Shown: positions 1 through 14,064 of the stretch, piece by piece
Layout of the letters: the number at the start of each line of letters is the position of its first letter
How positions within the stretch are numbered: position 1 is the stretch's first letter
Assembly (NCBI GenBank): GCA_030704615.1
Contig: CM060734.1
Location: forward strand, 37,944,001 to 38,008,000
Direction of reading: 5' to 3'
Source: Takakia lepidozioides
Lineage: Eukaryota > Plantae > Bryophyta
DNA: 64,000 bases
Made by a program: the position numbers and the translations under genes
The notes under the pieces: generated by a model
Database searches by the model: none
Told to the model about the DNA's origin: nothing
Seen by the model: only the letters and a program-made list of their open reading frames with translations

Positions 1-720
1 AGGCTAAGTCCTGGCAGAAGAGAGTAGAAGAGATTCTCAAGGACCTGGACCTGGAGCCGCAAGTCTTGACCCTGCTGGATAAATCTGACTTAGAGGCTGT
101 AGTGTCCAAAGCCATGTCTGTTGCCATGAGATTGTCTGATGAAAATGAAGTTAGGCAGAAAACTTCCCTGAACTTGTTTCCAGTCAGTGACATGGGGGAG
201 GACATCTTGGATGACCTCAAGGGTCTACCCACTCTCAGCACTAGACTAAAATTTAAACTCAGGGCAGGAAGCCTACCTTTGAACAGCAAACAGAAGCAGA
301 GAGGAAAAGGAGAGTGCAGTTGCCCATTGTGTGGGCAATCTGAAGACAGTATTCATTTTCTGATACACTGTCCGGGGTTCTCTCACCAAAGAGACACTCT
401 CTTCAAATCTATCAAGGGAATTGTGCCTGTACCCCTGTTTACCAACTTTGAAAGTCTCGAGGCTGAGCCAAAAGCCCAGGCCCTCCTGAGGCCTAGTTTT
501 TGGGCAAATCACACACAGCAGATTGATGCTTGTGTGAAGGGATTTCTAGAGGATATCTGGAAAACCCGGATTAATTCTATATATGAAGGTAAGTCTTACT
601 ACCAACGTCAGCCCCTGACAGAGGTAGGTTCTGTCCCTTTTGTTCCCGCTCAAACTGGGCGCGGGGTCAATGGCCACAAGGCTACGGCAAACAACGTCTT
701 ATGAGTACAATCTCTCTCTT
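1..720 (+). mobile_element. LINE (RTE/RTEX-like) 3' end, copy A: ORF2 C-terminus with CCHC-type zinc finger and (TC)n tail
   Basis: ORF 66-704 has CPLCG..ED..HFLIHC and closely matches 3452-4222. The stop codon is followed by gtacaatctctctctt. Confidence 0.85.
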
Positions 721-3700
721 AAATGGTATTCATATCTGTGCTGGGCAAGAGACATTGGAAACTTCGGACAAACTGGTTGGAGGTGTCAACGGCTACCGTT
801 GGTTTGGCAAGATGTGTGCGCTTAAGGTGACCTCTGCCAAGAGTGGGCAAAAAGGTGTTGGCTTCTTTGTCCGAGATTTCTTGTGTGACAATTGTGAAAT
901 TATCAACAAGGATTTGCGGTATGAGCACAGTATCTGGCTGAAACTGAAATTGAAGGGCAGCGTGAGTAGGAAGGACCTCTTTGTGGGCTGTGTTTACATG
1001 CCCACAGAGGGGACCCTTAGTGCTGACGCAGATAAAGCCTTCGAAGATGTAAAGCTGGACTGTGCTAAGTTCCTTGCCAAGGGTCAGGTGCTCTTATTGG
1101 GTGACTTCAATGCCCGGGTGGGTAAAGGTCTTCACCAGGATGATATCATCGGACCTTTTGGTGAGGACGAGCTGAACTCTAATGGAAGACGGTTAATTAA
1201 CTGTCTGGAAGAGCTTCAGCTTTTGACCCTGAACAATAGGTCAAAAGGTGACCAGATGCAGTGGACCCGTGAGAAAGCCCAAACTGGGGAACAATCCATT
1301 GTGGATTATATCATAGTGGACAAGAATCTGTTTCCCCAGTGTGCCAATGTGTTAATTGACAGAACTGATATTGGTACCTCTGACCACTTTCTGGTTTGGA
1401 CTGAGATCAAAAGGTGTTTCCCCAACACCAAGAGATCTGTGAAACGTTCGATCCAGAAGTGGCGCATTGAAAAATTCCGAAATGAAGAGGTCAAGGCTGA
1501 GTATGTCCAGGCCTTGCAAGAGGCTCTGCCCAACTTTGTCCATTCGCTTCAAGACCTTCAATGTCGCGCTGGCAATGCAAGAAATGAAGTTGAAAGAGCG
1601 GTGGGCTCTTGGGAGAGTTTTCGTCTCTTCTGTGGCTGGAAAGATCATTGGGAGGAAACTAATTGTCTGCAGTAGAGCTGTTAATTGGTGGACCAATGAG
1701 ATCAAACTCAAGATTGCCAAGAGACGAGCCCTCTATAAAGAGTGCTGCAGAATGAAAGTCAATAATGACCTTTGGGTTAGGTACTACCAGCTCCGCAAAG
1801 ATATCAATCAGCTTGTAAGGTCTCAGAAGAAACTATATTGGGATAAGTTATACGGGGAAATAAACTCAAACCACCACGGTGGTAATCTGGTTGGCCCTTC
1901 AACATCTGTACAAGCCGAAAAATTGTCAGCAAGTACAAGCGCTGAGGACACCTAAGGGTGCAGTGGTGACTTCAACGGCTGACATTGTCAACACCTTTGA
2001 AACCCACTACAGTACACTTGGCAGAAATTCTAGTTCTAGCAGCGAGGGGTTTTCTGAAGAATGGAATGACACAGTAGAAAGAACTGTGTCTATGATTCAA
2101 GACAGCCCTGATGAACTGGAGTATATTTCAAAGGGTTATAACGCTCCCATTAGTTCCTCTGAGATTGCGGAAGCAATCGAGCATCTAAACGGATACAAAG
2201 CTGGTGGCCCTGATGGCATTGTCAATGAGCTTATCAAGCATGGTGGTGACCCTATGATAGAGGCCCTTGTTCTTCTCTTTAACCTTATATGGAGGACTGA
2301 AATTACCCCCTTTCGCTGGCGGCAGGGGGTCATTGTCAATTTATATAAGAAGGGTGACAGAGCCGGGTAACTATCGGGGCATCACGCTTCTTAATGCAGT
2401 TGGCAAGATATTCTGCAGAGTTATAAGTACTTGTCTCGAGGTTGATCTGGAGTCCAGAGGTTGTTTCCATGAACGCCAAGCTGGCTTTCGGCAAAACAGG
2501 GGCTGCGTGGATCATTTCTTCACACTCGGCCAGATTATCCAGGGAAGGAAAAAAAAAGGGAAACCTACTTTTGTCTTTTTCCTGGATGTCAAAAAGGCCT
2601 ATGACACTGTGTGGAGAGACGGTCTATGGCTCCGACTCTGGTCTTCCGGGATCAAGGGAAAGATGTGGAGAGTGGTCCATAACTTGTATGCTCACACTAA
2701 AAGCTGTGTCACTGTTAATGGACAGAAGTCTAATTTCTTTGACATAGACCAAGGTGTAGCTCAAGGATGTACCCTCTCCCCTCTGCTCTTCAATGTTTTC
2801 ATCAATCAACTACTGGAGGATGTGGAAAGTGAGGGATTTGGGTTAAGGGTGGGTGATGCCACCATACCAGCCCTTATGTTTGCGGATGACTTCGCAGGCA
2901 TAGGGGAGACTCCTTCCAACCTCCAGGGGCTGATAGATTGCGCGAAGAGATACTTTGATCTTTGGGGGCTAGAGGCAAATGTCAGTAAATGCGCAGTGGT
3001 GGCATTCAACGACCGGGGGGAAGGAGGCGACGATCTCAAGTGGCAGTGGGGAAGCCAAGAGATCCCTGTTCTCCCCTCCTACACCTATCTTGGCGTTGAG
3101 TTTTCCTCCAACTGTAATTGGGAAGCACATATTCAAAGAGTAATTCAATCTGGCAAACGCAAAGCGCTGGGTCTCAGTAAATTTTTCCACTGCAGAGGGA
3201 TCAACTCTGAAGTCAAAAAAACCATGCTTTGCCGCGTTATCAGGCCGGCCTTGGAGTATGCATCTGCTGTATGGGTTGATAACTCCAACCAGGCTAAGTC
3301 TCTTGAATCCATCCAAGTCGGGGTGCTCAAGGAGTGCATGTCAGCATGCTCCAAAACAGCTAATGTGGCTGTTCGGGGTGGGTTTGGCGTTCCTCCCTTG
3401 AGCTCCTGACGCGATGAATTCAAAATCAGATGGTGGGGTCAGCTGCAACGTATGGCTAATACCAGATATCCTAAGTTAATCGACTCTATATCTTGGAAGC
3501 AGGACCGCCCTGTCAAACAGGCTAAATCCTGGCGGAAAAGGGTAGAAGAGATTTTCAAGGATCTGAATCTTAGTCCACTAGCCATGACCCTGCTGGATAA
3601 ATCTGGCTTAGAAGCTGAAGTTTCCAAAGCCATGTCTATTGCCATGAAATTGTCTGAAGAAAATGAAGTTAGGCAGAAAACTTCCCTGAACCTGTTTCCA

Positions 3701-4240
3701 GTCTGTGACATGGGTGAGGCCATCATGGATGACCTCAAGGGTCTACCCGCCCTCGGCACTAGACTGAAATTCAAACTCAGGGCGGGTAGCCTACCTTTGA
3801 ACAACAAACAGTCACAGAGAGGAAAGAGGGATTGTAAGTGCCCGTTGTGTGGGCAACCTGAAGACAATATTCACTTCCTGATTCATTGTCCTGGGTACTC
3901 TCACCAACGGGACACCCTCTTCAATTCCATCAAGGAAATTGTGCCTGTACGTCTGTTTAACAACTTTGAAAATCTTGAGACTGAGCCATAAGCCCAGGCC
4001 CTTTTGGGGTCTAGCTATTGGGCAAATCACACAAATCAGATTGATGCTTGTGTGAAGGGATTTCTGGAGGATATCTGGAAATCTCGGATCAACTGTTTAT
4101 TCCAAGGTAAATCATACTACCGGCGTCAGCCCCTGACAAAGGTAGTTTCTGTCCCTTTATGTTCTGCTCAAACTGGGCGCGGGGTCAATGGCCACAAGGC
4201 TACGGCAAACAATGTCTTATGAGTACATTCTCTCTCTCTT
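721..4240 (+). mobile_element. LINE copy B, 5'-truncated ORF2 (APE endonuclease, reverse transcriptase, zinc finger), disrupted by frameshifts and stops
   Basis: APE motifs QET, LGDFNAR, SIVDYI, SDH (701-1675). RT motifs GPDG, NYRGITLL, QAGFR, FLDVKKAYD, GVAQG, LMFADD, YLGV (1879-3409). Zinc finger at about 3840-3890. (TC)n tail at 4228-4238. Confidence 0.93.
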
Positions 4241-5025
4241 AAGGAGTGCATGTCAGCACGCTCCAAAACGGCTAATGTGGCTGTTTGGGGTGAGTTTGGC
4301 ATCCCTAGGTCAGATGGTGGGGTCAGCTGCAACATGTGAATAATATCAGATACCCTAAGTTAATCGACTCTATATTGTGGAAGCAGGATCGCCCTGGCAA
4401 ACAAGCTAAGTCCTGGCCGAAGAGTGTAGAAGAGATTCTCAAGGATCTGAATCTAACTCCACAAGTCTTGACCCTGCTGGATACATCTGACTTAGAGGTT
4501 TTAGTGTCCAATGCCATGTCTGTTGCCAGGAAATTGTGTGATGACAACAAGTTAGGCAGAAAACTTCCCTGAACTTGTTTCCAGTCTGTGACATGGGGGA
4601 GGACATCATTGATGACTGCACGGTCCACTCTCGGCACTAGACTGATATTTAAAGTCAGGGGCGGAAGCCTACCTTTGAACAGCAAACAGATGCAGAGAGG
4701 AAAGGGGGATTGCAAATGACCGTTGTGTGGGCAACCTGAAGACAATATTCATTTTCTGATTCTTTGTCCTGGGTACCATCACCAGAGTGACGCCCTCTTC
4801 CAATCCATCAAGGGATTTGTGCCTGTACCTCTGTTTACCACCTTTGAAAATCTCGAGGCTGAGCAAAAAGCCCAGGCCCTTTTGGGGGCTAGTCATTGGA
4901 CACCCACAGCCCATTGATACTTGTGTAAAGGGATTTCTAGAGGATGTCTGGAAAACTAGGATCAATTCTCTGTTCCAAGGTAAGTCATACTACCGGCATC
5001 AGCCCCTGACAAAGGTAGTTTCTGC
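4241..5025 (+). mobile_element. LINE copy C, degenerate 3' fragment in tandem with copy B
   Basis: Sequence from aaggagtgcatgtcagca onward repeats about 3329-4150, with deletions and stops. Confidence 0.85.
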
Positions 5026-8000
5026 CAATCCCGTTATTGCATTGAAGAAGTGCCTTCTGAGACACTCTTAGACATCTGTTGGTAACGCAAGGTGAATGAT
5101 ACCTTTCCTACTCACCTAACATGTCACTTATGGCGAGACTAATTGCTGACTATTTTGCTAGGTCCTGTAGCAGCACCAAGCTGGAGTACATATTGCATAC
5201 ACCTTCTACATGATCTGGCTGTACATTGGTCTCTTGGTTGATTTATTGAAGCCCATGCCTTGTGGCAGAATTATGCAACCTGAAAAATGGCCGACTTGAG
5301 GATTTTTGTTCCTCTGTGTCTCTCTCTCTCTCTTTCCTTGAATAAGGCTGTCCGTCATAGCACCACCAAGGATTGCCTCGTCCCATTATTGTCCCATCTG
5401 TCCAGAATGGAAGGGGTACATGAAGGGACTCATTAGGGTTGTTAATTCTCATCTTCAGCCATTCTTCTCCTTCAGAGACATGCAAGCAAGAATTGAAGGA
5501 ACACTTACTTCACTGCTACAGTATGGCTCCAAGCGAGATACTTGTCAAGGCTCTATGAGCACTTTGAAGTGCATAGAATGACGCTTAGTGTGGACATACA
5601 AAGAGAGATTACAGTTTGCATAGGCTACACGGACTTGACAAGTTCTACTCTGAGTATGCGAGTATTGTATCTACTACAAGGGCCCCCGAGGGTCCATGGG
5701 CAAAAAGTAGAACATTGAAGAGAAACAACTACACAGAACCCTATAAGAAGAAGAAAGGGTTAAGAAGGTACTTGGAGAGGCCGTCGTCAAGAACGGATTG
5801 TTCCGCAGCGCTCCAGTCCACAGCCACGCCCGGATCATGTACGAGCTGCTGCGGAGCACGGTCACCTCCATTCGACAAGCCATTTGCCCCGGCTGCAGTA
5901 AGAGTAGTAGGAGGAGCGCCCATGGGGCAGGATAGAGACGTCTAATGTGATCTACTTATGCGGTTGAACGATTCTCACAAACAGGTTGTGATTGAGGCTT
6001 CCATACTAGGATTTCCAGGCAAACATGCTCAAGTTCAAATTGAGTACTTCTTGCTCTTCTAGATTTCCAATTCACGTCCCTCCAGCATCTACCCATGGCG
6101 AGAGGCCCTAAAAAATGCTTCCACTATCTGTACTTACACCTTGTTACCTGCTACACAACTACTCCAGTTGCAAGCGCATGGCTTCCAGGCATGACATGGC
6201 TCCTACGCAAGTTGGGTTCCACACACAAAGCTCCAATTCCTGAAGCTCTCGAGCATCTTTGCCTCATCTCTTTCTCTCCAAATTGTTCGTGGTTCTCTTT
6301 ACTTCAAATCTATTCAAGAGACTACATACAGTAGTCTCATCCCAAACCCAAAGATCCACCGTGAAATCAAGATCTAGGATTTGAACCCCAGATCACTTCG
6401 AAAATCTCACTGCCCGCATTGTTAAGAGGCGCACAGGGAACAATAGAAGTGTGAAAGAAGCAGATTGTCGGGTACAGAAACGAGCACACCAAAATTTCCA
6501 TGATTTCGCAGCTTGCAGATGGTTGGGTACCCTCACAGGAGCAAACTAAAGTTTCTATGATTTCGCTCTTGGAGTTCTCAGGATGATACAGTACCTGTCG
6601 CCCATAATGGCGGTACTGTATGATCTGTCCATGTGTCCGGCTGTTACTGGCCTACAGCTGTCTTGATTTCCATAACCCACAGTCTGTGGAATTATGACTG
6701 TCGGCTCGTCGTACATCTCTCTCCCTTCTTATTGCGATCAGCAGGCGTCCTTGCACTGGGTAAGTAGGTATTGGGTTGTAGTAATCTTCCCAAGCAGGCC
6801 TCACACAGGTCTCATATTTTGAGTTAATATTTTTTCAAAACCGTCCTCTCTTCGTTTTCTTTTGCACTCAATAACTCCTTGCGCAAGGCGGGTAGGAACC
6901 AACCTCTCATTGCCACTCCCCGTACCCCGCAAGCTCATGGAGTATGACTCTTTTCAGTTCTTTTGGGCCGTAGCTCTCGGATAAAAGGGAAGTTGCTGGT
7001 TACAGTTACTCCATGAGCATATGGGAGAGAAGACCTTGGACCTCATCACCACCCAACTTACGCTGTCGTACACTGTGGTATGTTCGGTTGCCTCCTCCCT
7101 TTTAGTTTTTTCTTGTGTGTGTTTCGTAAGTTAACACCCAATTCGATACCTATGATCAGTGATCATTTTCTCCCCTGCTTACTCCTGGCTAACTGACTGC
7201 GATGCTACCAGTACAAATGAATATTTGAGACGTACCCTGCAATTTCCTCCTCTCTCCATCAATTGTGCAATCGACATTAGTTAAGAGCTCGCTGAAACCA
7301 TACTGGCACAAACCAAGTCCATGTCCCTTCACCATTACTTTTCGAGCCGTATAAAGTTGTGTGGGAAGCTGGAGTCCTGCGACAATGTTTCCCATGTACG
7401 CTGTTGACGTTTTGGGTTCCTTGTTTTTAACCCACAGCGACTTGTCTTTCTATTCTAAAAGCGGGCAAGTGACGGTGGCTTTCACTATCATACATGTTGG
7501 TGTTCTTCTTGGTTCATAGATTGGTGAGAGACAATACCGCAATTCTAACCAGATGAATCCGTGTTCGTTGTTTCGTGTGTATTTTGTCCTTCTTCTTTTT
7601 CTTCATTTTCTTTCTTCTTTGCTGTTTGTTTTGTTTTCTGAAAATCCCTCTAACCGCAGATCAGATCTTCTCGGTACTCTTTTTTGGCTACCTTTAATTG
7701 TAAGTATGGAGATATCTCAATGTTTACAAGGATATTCTTTATATTCTAAGTTTGTTTTAAGTTGTTGATACAAGGGCTTGAAAATAAAGGCCCAGCTAGA
7801 AGAGTTCAGATTTTGAATAATACCTTTCACCTCTCAGCTGGGTGGTGCTTTATTGGTTTACCCTTTTGCATCAGTTTTTTAAATTTCTGCTGGGGAACAG
7901 ATCAACTTTTTAAAGAAAACCTTGGCAACCTTGTCTGTCACTGCATGCCAGCAGGGCAAGTGGGCAGAGAAACACTCCAAGTACAGACTGACCAGGGGAG

Positions 8001-8469
8001 AGTGGTCGAACAAACCACCTTCCGAGATAAGCAAGGGGGAGAAGAGTTGCCACAGCATACCAGCATTTATTCCTCAACCCACGAGACAACTGCAGAGGTT
8101 AAAGCTTATGACACTTACGCATGGAAACTCAGATAAATCTTAGTTGACAAGCTAAAGGCATCAGCAGCAATGACAAGAAGCTAGGAAAACACAGTTGCAA
8201 GCTGATTGAAGTGTAGCAACAGCTAGGAGACCAATTTATCAACTCCATGTTGTTGGCAATTGGAGGGGGTTGGGGTGTGGGGGAGGGGGGCAGGGAAGTT
8301 GCAACACATAGCATGAACTATGGTTGTGTGGTATGAACTGAGCTTGTTGTGAATTATAGGACTGCATCTGCTTAATTATAGTATTGGACAATCAAAGTGG
8401 CAGGATTCCAAGTGAGACTGGGATATGCGAAGAAACTGCATTTGCACCACTGCCATCATAAAAATGGCA

Positions 8470-8560
8470 TGTCAATTTCACGAGATACTCTGTTTCTCGA
8501 TTGTTGAACCTCCTCGACTTAAGCACTGACTCCACCTCGCACTCGGGTTCATTTAGAAGT
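8470..8560 (-). pseudogene. Chromodomain fragment, probably a chromovirus integrase remnant
   Basis: EPECEVESVLKSRR...EYLVK resembles the chromodomain N-terminal pattern (E/Y-EVE-I-x-x-R...YLVKW). Confidence 0.5.
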
Positions 8561-8770
8561 GTTTTTTTGAGACCCAAAGGAGCTCCCTTGACATAGATGT
8601 TCGTTCCACCAGGGGATGAGGTATATTCTGCACACCCAGAACTCTAAGAAATTCTGTCTATGCAATTGACACCTTGCATGAGCAAAGGCAAACTCTATTC
8701 ACAATGTGACAAAAAACAGGTACTCACTGTTTCTGTATGCATCCGCAGTGAGGTGGGTTAGAAGTAGGAA

Positions 8771-11700
8771 ATGGCACCAGCCTTGAGAAGAAGCTATATT
8801 CAAAGGTGGAGGGAGCCTCGACGTAGCTATACTGGCTTCAAGATTGGACTCTTTTGTGGTGCCATTGTGTGCACTTGCTTTTTGTTGACAATGTATGAGC
8901 TGTCAAGGTATGGTTATCTGACAATGGAAGATGGAAGAGAGATGCAAAGGGCGAGTTTGCCCCGCCTACAAACTGCAGGGCATCAGTCAGCCCTTTTACA
9001 ATCACACAATCCAACTGGCTCTAGCTCTCTACGAAAGACGGTTGTCAAGAGAGATGGGGCTGTAAGGAGGCCAGTGGACACTAGCTCACCAATTAAGCAA
9101 GGTGTACAGGGTAAGAAACAGAGGAAGGAAGTTTCCAGCAGAGAACAAGTTGCTGAAGAGATCGCCAAGACAAACAGCTTGGCAGGGGGGAAGGAGGTCA
9201 GGACAGAGTTTCTGGAAGGTAACAGCAAAAAAAATGATGTGGTCATGGACTTTCAGGACAGTTCATTTTATGGTGCAATTGAGTGGGCAAATAGAACGGT
9301 TGAGAAATTTAGCGAGGACATGGTCTCAAACGAAAGTGACAGAAAGCAAGCTTCAGGCAAAGACAAAAGTGGAGAGAGCGTCCAATTAGCTAAGGAAGAA
9401 ACGAAAAGGGAAGAAACTAGTGAGCAAGAAAAGTCAGAGGTTGTGGCAGACGTAAAGGAGGATGAGCACAACACTCCTTGGGAGACTCGAATGGGGAGCC
9501 TAGCAAAGAAAAAACCCCACAACATAGAGCAGCCTCTTGACTATGATGGACAAAAAAGTAGCAGAATTCCGGACGACGGATTCAATGGAGGTCATAGAAA
9601 CAGATCTAGGTCTGCAGGTTATTATGGTGAAGCTGGGCTGGCAAGCAATGTCTCTGTTGTATCATTGGACAATGTGGTACATAGACTGCAAGCGGGTTCC
9701 ACTGATTTAGAAATTGCTGGGGGCTTCCTAAGCAAGTTGACAGCTTGGATTTCTAAAGAGCAAAATGCAATATTTGGTTCTATGAAGGAGGCCGTGGTAG
9801 GCAGCTTGGCCAATAGTTCAACCACTAATTACATGGGTGGGGCTGATTCCAGCTCGGAGGAGACAGAAGAGATTGAAGCCACTGGTAAGGCTTCTGCTGT
9901 CTGCTCTATATGGTTGGTAAGAGGAGTAGGCATGTAGTCGTTCATTCATATGATTAGTTTGGACATGGTGACATTAGAGGCCTGAATTTGCATTTGCCAA
10001 ATGATTACACAGCAAGCAATATAATTATCAATGAGTTCAAATCCTTGATCAAAGCAATGTGGTGATCCACCCAGATCTCTTGAAATGCCAATAGATGAAC
10101 TGCAGTTCATGCTGAACCCTTGATAGCACGACCAGTCTGGGCCGAGTCCAAATTCCGATGTCATTATGCATTTGACCTGTGTATCACTTTGAGATCTCAT
10201 TGAAGCTGATTCACACCTAATACCTTCCTGCTGGACCTGGAGCGGTGCTACTTGTTCTTGTTTATGTCTGGCACTACACCTTGTTAGCTTTTGTTGTCCA
10301 GTACCTCCATTGTCAATGCATAGAGAGGACACAGCAGACTCCAGCCAAAAGAGAATCAGAGTGAGGGAAACCTTCTGAATTTCAAATTATTTAAAGTAGT
10401 TCTTGCTGCACGGCCCTTTCTCCCTGTGAATTCTTACATGTCAAATCCATTGACAAATTGTCTTATGGTTGAAAGCCCAGGATGATCCAGCTGAACTGGA
10501 GGAGGGGGATGAAGACCATGATCTGGTAGCTGACATGACGAAGGAAGAGAGCGAATCTTCAGAAACAGAGAAGGGGCCCCACCCCGCCTTCATAGCAAGC
10601 AACAACGCCATGCAGGAGAAAGAAAGTGCTGCCATAGTTGATGGAAGACAACCAGAGACAAATAATTCGAGGCAATCTACGGATGTCTTTCTGAAAGATA
10701 CCAGTCAATGGGAAATCACAAGTGGTAGCAGCCATAGTGAGTTCCTTCCTAGCAATGGTCATATGCTAGAAAGGGGAAGCAGTGCCTTGCTCAAGGAGCA
10801 GGAGACGGTTCAGGATGGGCATGCTGCAGACGTTCAATTTCTTAACCAGAGTAGAGCACCAGAATCGGTCTTGGAGTTCAGTATCCCCAGAACTATCCTT
10901 GACAGGTGGAAACCTCCGAAGGAGTGTGCGAAGGTGGAGGAAATGGGGTCTGCAGCTGTTGGGAACACAAGGTCCTCTAGCCTCCGTGTACGGAGCATGA
11001 TTCAGTTGTTCATAGCTGACCATGGGGCAGAGCGCGTAGCTGCACTGCCGGGAGCAGAATTTTGTAAACGGGGGTTTGTTCTAGGGCAGGGCCAGGAAGA
11101 TGGGTTTGGAAATAATATGTACAAGGTGCTCACAGCAGCAGGGCTGGCTGTCATGCTCAATCGCTCCCTCATTATTGGTAAGTACCCATATCAACTTGTA
11201 CATCAATCAAAACTTGCATGTCAAATGTCTAGGGAGAAAATCCTGGGATATGTAGCTCATGCTAAGTCTTAGTCCAGGCGCACATGGATATCATTAGATA
11301 AAGAATATCAGTTGGTTTATCTTTAAAGAAGACGCCAATAGGTCTCCTGCTGGACCTTGAAGTGTCAAATCTCCTTAAGTATCTAGCTGTGCACAAATGT
11401 CTCATATTGTGCAAGCCATTCATATGGCTGTACTGTGCAATTGTGATTGTAGGGGAGCGTGGCGCAACCAATCCAGCATATGTTGGTGGATCAAAGAAGT
11501 TCCTACCGGCCTTTGGTGACTATCTAGTGTTCTCTAACCAGTCGTTTACTATGCAAGAGGTTAAGCACCTATGGGCACGACATGGCTGCGCTGGAAAATA
11601 CAAGCGTCCCCTAGTCATGCATGTTGATGATATTGAGTTGGGACCTGGACGATCAAAGTGTCTGTGTGATGATTGGACCGCCTGGCCATACCCTATCATC

Positions 11701-13093
11701 TGGTTCAAGGGCACAACTGACACGGTGGCCCTGCAGTTTTTGTTGAAGAACACAAACCCCACTATGCGCACTGCAGCTGCAAAGTTGTTAGGGAATCCTG
11801 CAGTTCCCAGCTCTCGTCCGAACAGTTTTGGAGAACTTTTCCGTGCATTTGTTGCTCCCCACCCAGACATCCAGGAAGCTGTCCAATGGGCATTGAAACG
11901 AGGCCCTGACCCTGACATCTCGCTCCATCTTCGTATGCGCCACAGCCGCACCAAGCCAGCACCCGCAGCTGCATCATCTTGCATCCGCCGCCTCCAAAGG
12001 TCATTTCGGGGGCAACTACCTGTGGGGTATGAGTCTGCTGATGTTCTCTCATTAGTGAACTCTCCTCAATGTCTATACAAATCATCATGAAACTCCTCAC
12101 CTCTTCCACGCTACCTTGTTTATAGAGCAAGCTATCTAACTAGAAAAATCCATGAACCTGTTGAAGCTTGGTTTGTACACTTCACTGTTTATAAATTTCA
12201 ACCGTGGGACTTTGATCATTCTATGTAGGAAGGTTGATTAGAATTAAATGTTTGTTCTGTCTGGGATTGAAGGTAAATTCTCTTGGGAGGTGTCCCATTA
12301 TTTACCCACTTGCACATGTAGTTGGTGATATTCCACACTCTGGATAGCTGATTGAAAACGATCTTGCAGGAGGAGGCCCCGAGTGGTGGTAGTATCTGAC
12401 ACTCCAGCAGTCTACCATGACATTGAGCATTACCTTGGGCGTTCTGTGGAAATACTCCAGTTTGACTACATGGCATACTTAAAAGCTTTCAAAAATCTGA
12501 GTGAGGTGATGAGTTTAAATCATGGTCAGCCGCCACGCAACAGAATGAAGGACTGGGGCGAGATGCCTAGGTGGGTTGCGCTGGTGGACTTTTTCCTTGC
12601 GGTGCGTGCCCGTGTGGCAGTCGTGTCTGGGGCATACAAAAGAGTGAGCACCACGTATGCCCAGCTCATTGCATCCCTGGCGGCAGCATACACACTCGAA
12701 GAGGGTGTGATGTCCCCCAGTTGTGTATTCTATAGCAGTTTTCAGCCCTCACTAGTCGCCCAGGGTTTGATGAAACAATCAGGCTGGGGTCATGCTTGGC
12801 GACCATTTGGCGGCAAATTGGGGTGTCGGAATCAAGCTCCCCAGTGTGCTAGAACACCCCTTCTTCCTTATGCCTGGTGGGATGGTCCATGGGCATCCCC
12901 TACCACTCGGGATGTCCGCAAAATGCAAAGTATTGGAATTCATGTTGATGAGACTGGACAGGTTTCAGAGCAAAGCTTGGACAAGTTTTGCCAAGTTAAA
13001 CAGAAAAGTCCACTTAAATTAGTTAAACTGACAGTGCCGACTTGCACCAAAGAGAAACCTTGTGAAATACGATCCCTGCACCGCCCGGTATAG
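8771..13093 (+). CDS. Type II membrane fucosyltransferase-like (GT-B fold) protein; predicted exons 8771-9884, 10476-11177, 11453-11999, 12370-13093
   Basis: N-terminal TM helix (IGLFCGAIVCTCFLLTMY) and long acidic low-complexity stem. Motifs GFGNNMYKVLTAAGLAVMLNRSLII, ISLHLRM, VVVVSDTP, ALVDFFLA, STTY. All three GT-AG introns are phase-compatible (1,1,2). Confidence 0.85.
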
Positions 13094-13588
13094 GAAGCTG
13101 GGTTTATGTAGCGTTTAATTACCTGCTGATTACAGGTTTTGCAGTAACAGGAGGGTTCTTTGTATGAACATGTACCTGGGTTCAAATAAACAGTGGTTAC
13201 AGTATCAAGGTTGGCCAACTAAGTGATCTGGCTTCAGCCAGAGAAAACTCAGAGAATATCAGATCAGATTTGGCTGTAGTCTATGTCACTGCGACTAAGA
13301 ATAACAGCTGTCCCTGAGTGCAAGTATGTGGATTTGAACCCTCTTATCTTTGCCCACAACATCCTCTTTTTGGATATCAATCCAGATATTGCTTCCTGCA
13401 ACACTGTTTATGATCAAATTGCAGTTCTCTAAACTAATGCCAACCTAGTTGATAACTGGCCAGTTCTAAAAAAAATCGTCTAAATCCACCCAACAATATT
13501 GGTACAGAGAGGATAACAATGTAAGGAACACGCTTCTGGACTGTCAATGGTTTTGAGTCATATATGATAATGAACTTGGAAATGCTAA

Positions 13589-14064
13589 GAGCATCTCCAC
13601 GGTGTCCCAATACTTGTCGAAAAACGGCAATCTAGTGTGGGGGGGTCCTAAAAAGGCAGCAGGTTGGCGCAGGTTGTTCCATGGTTGCCTCAGTCGGGTA
13701 GAATTGCTGCAGGCCCGGCTTTAATCTGCCTCCCGCACGGTACTTTTGCCAAGATTGTGATTGGACGGTGGGCCTGCCTCGGGGCTATCTCTGCCGGGTC
13801 TCCTACTGACCCAACAATGGAGTGCCAACCACGTCCTTGTAAAAATTGATGTATGTACTAAACCCTAAACCTTCCAACTGTTATTTTTTATGGTTTAACC
13901 TGTTGTGTTGTTTCCTTCTCAAATGTTATGTTTTGGATTTTGACCTCTATTTCTGTTATCTGACATATCTACATATTTTTATATTTTTATTGCTCTATAG
14001 GCATAACAATTATCCAGGGTCGACTGTTTATAACGTTTGACGGGCCACCGTAGAGATGCAGCTC
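13589..14064. mobile_element. PIF/Harbinger (Tourist-like) MITE
   Basis: Left TIR GAGCATCTCCACGGTG. Right TIR CACCGTAGAGATGC(AG)CTC. TAA flanks both ends (13586-88, 14065-67). Confidence 0.8.

Noticed and set aside
701-720. ATG start of LINE ORF2 (MSTISLL)
   Set aside because: The ATG overlaps the stop codon and tail of the preceding copy. The APE domain is 5'-truncated.
5243-8320. Short ORFs upstream of the fucosyltransferase-like gene
   Set aside because: No recognisable domains; consistent with chance frames or decayed repeats.
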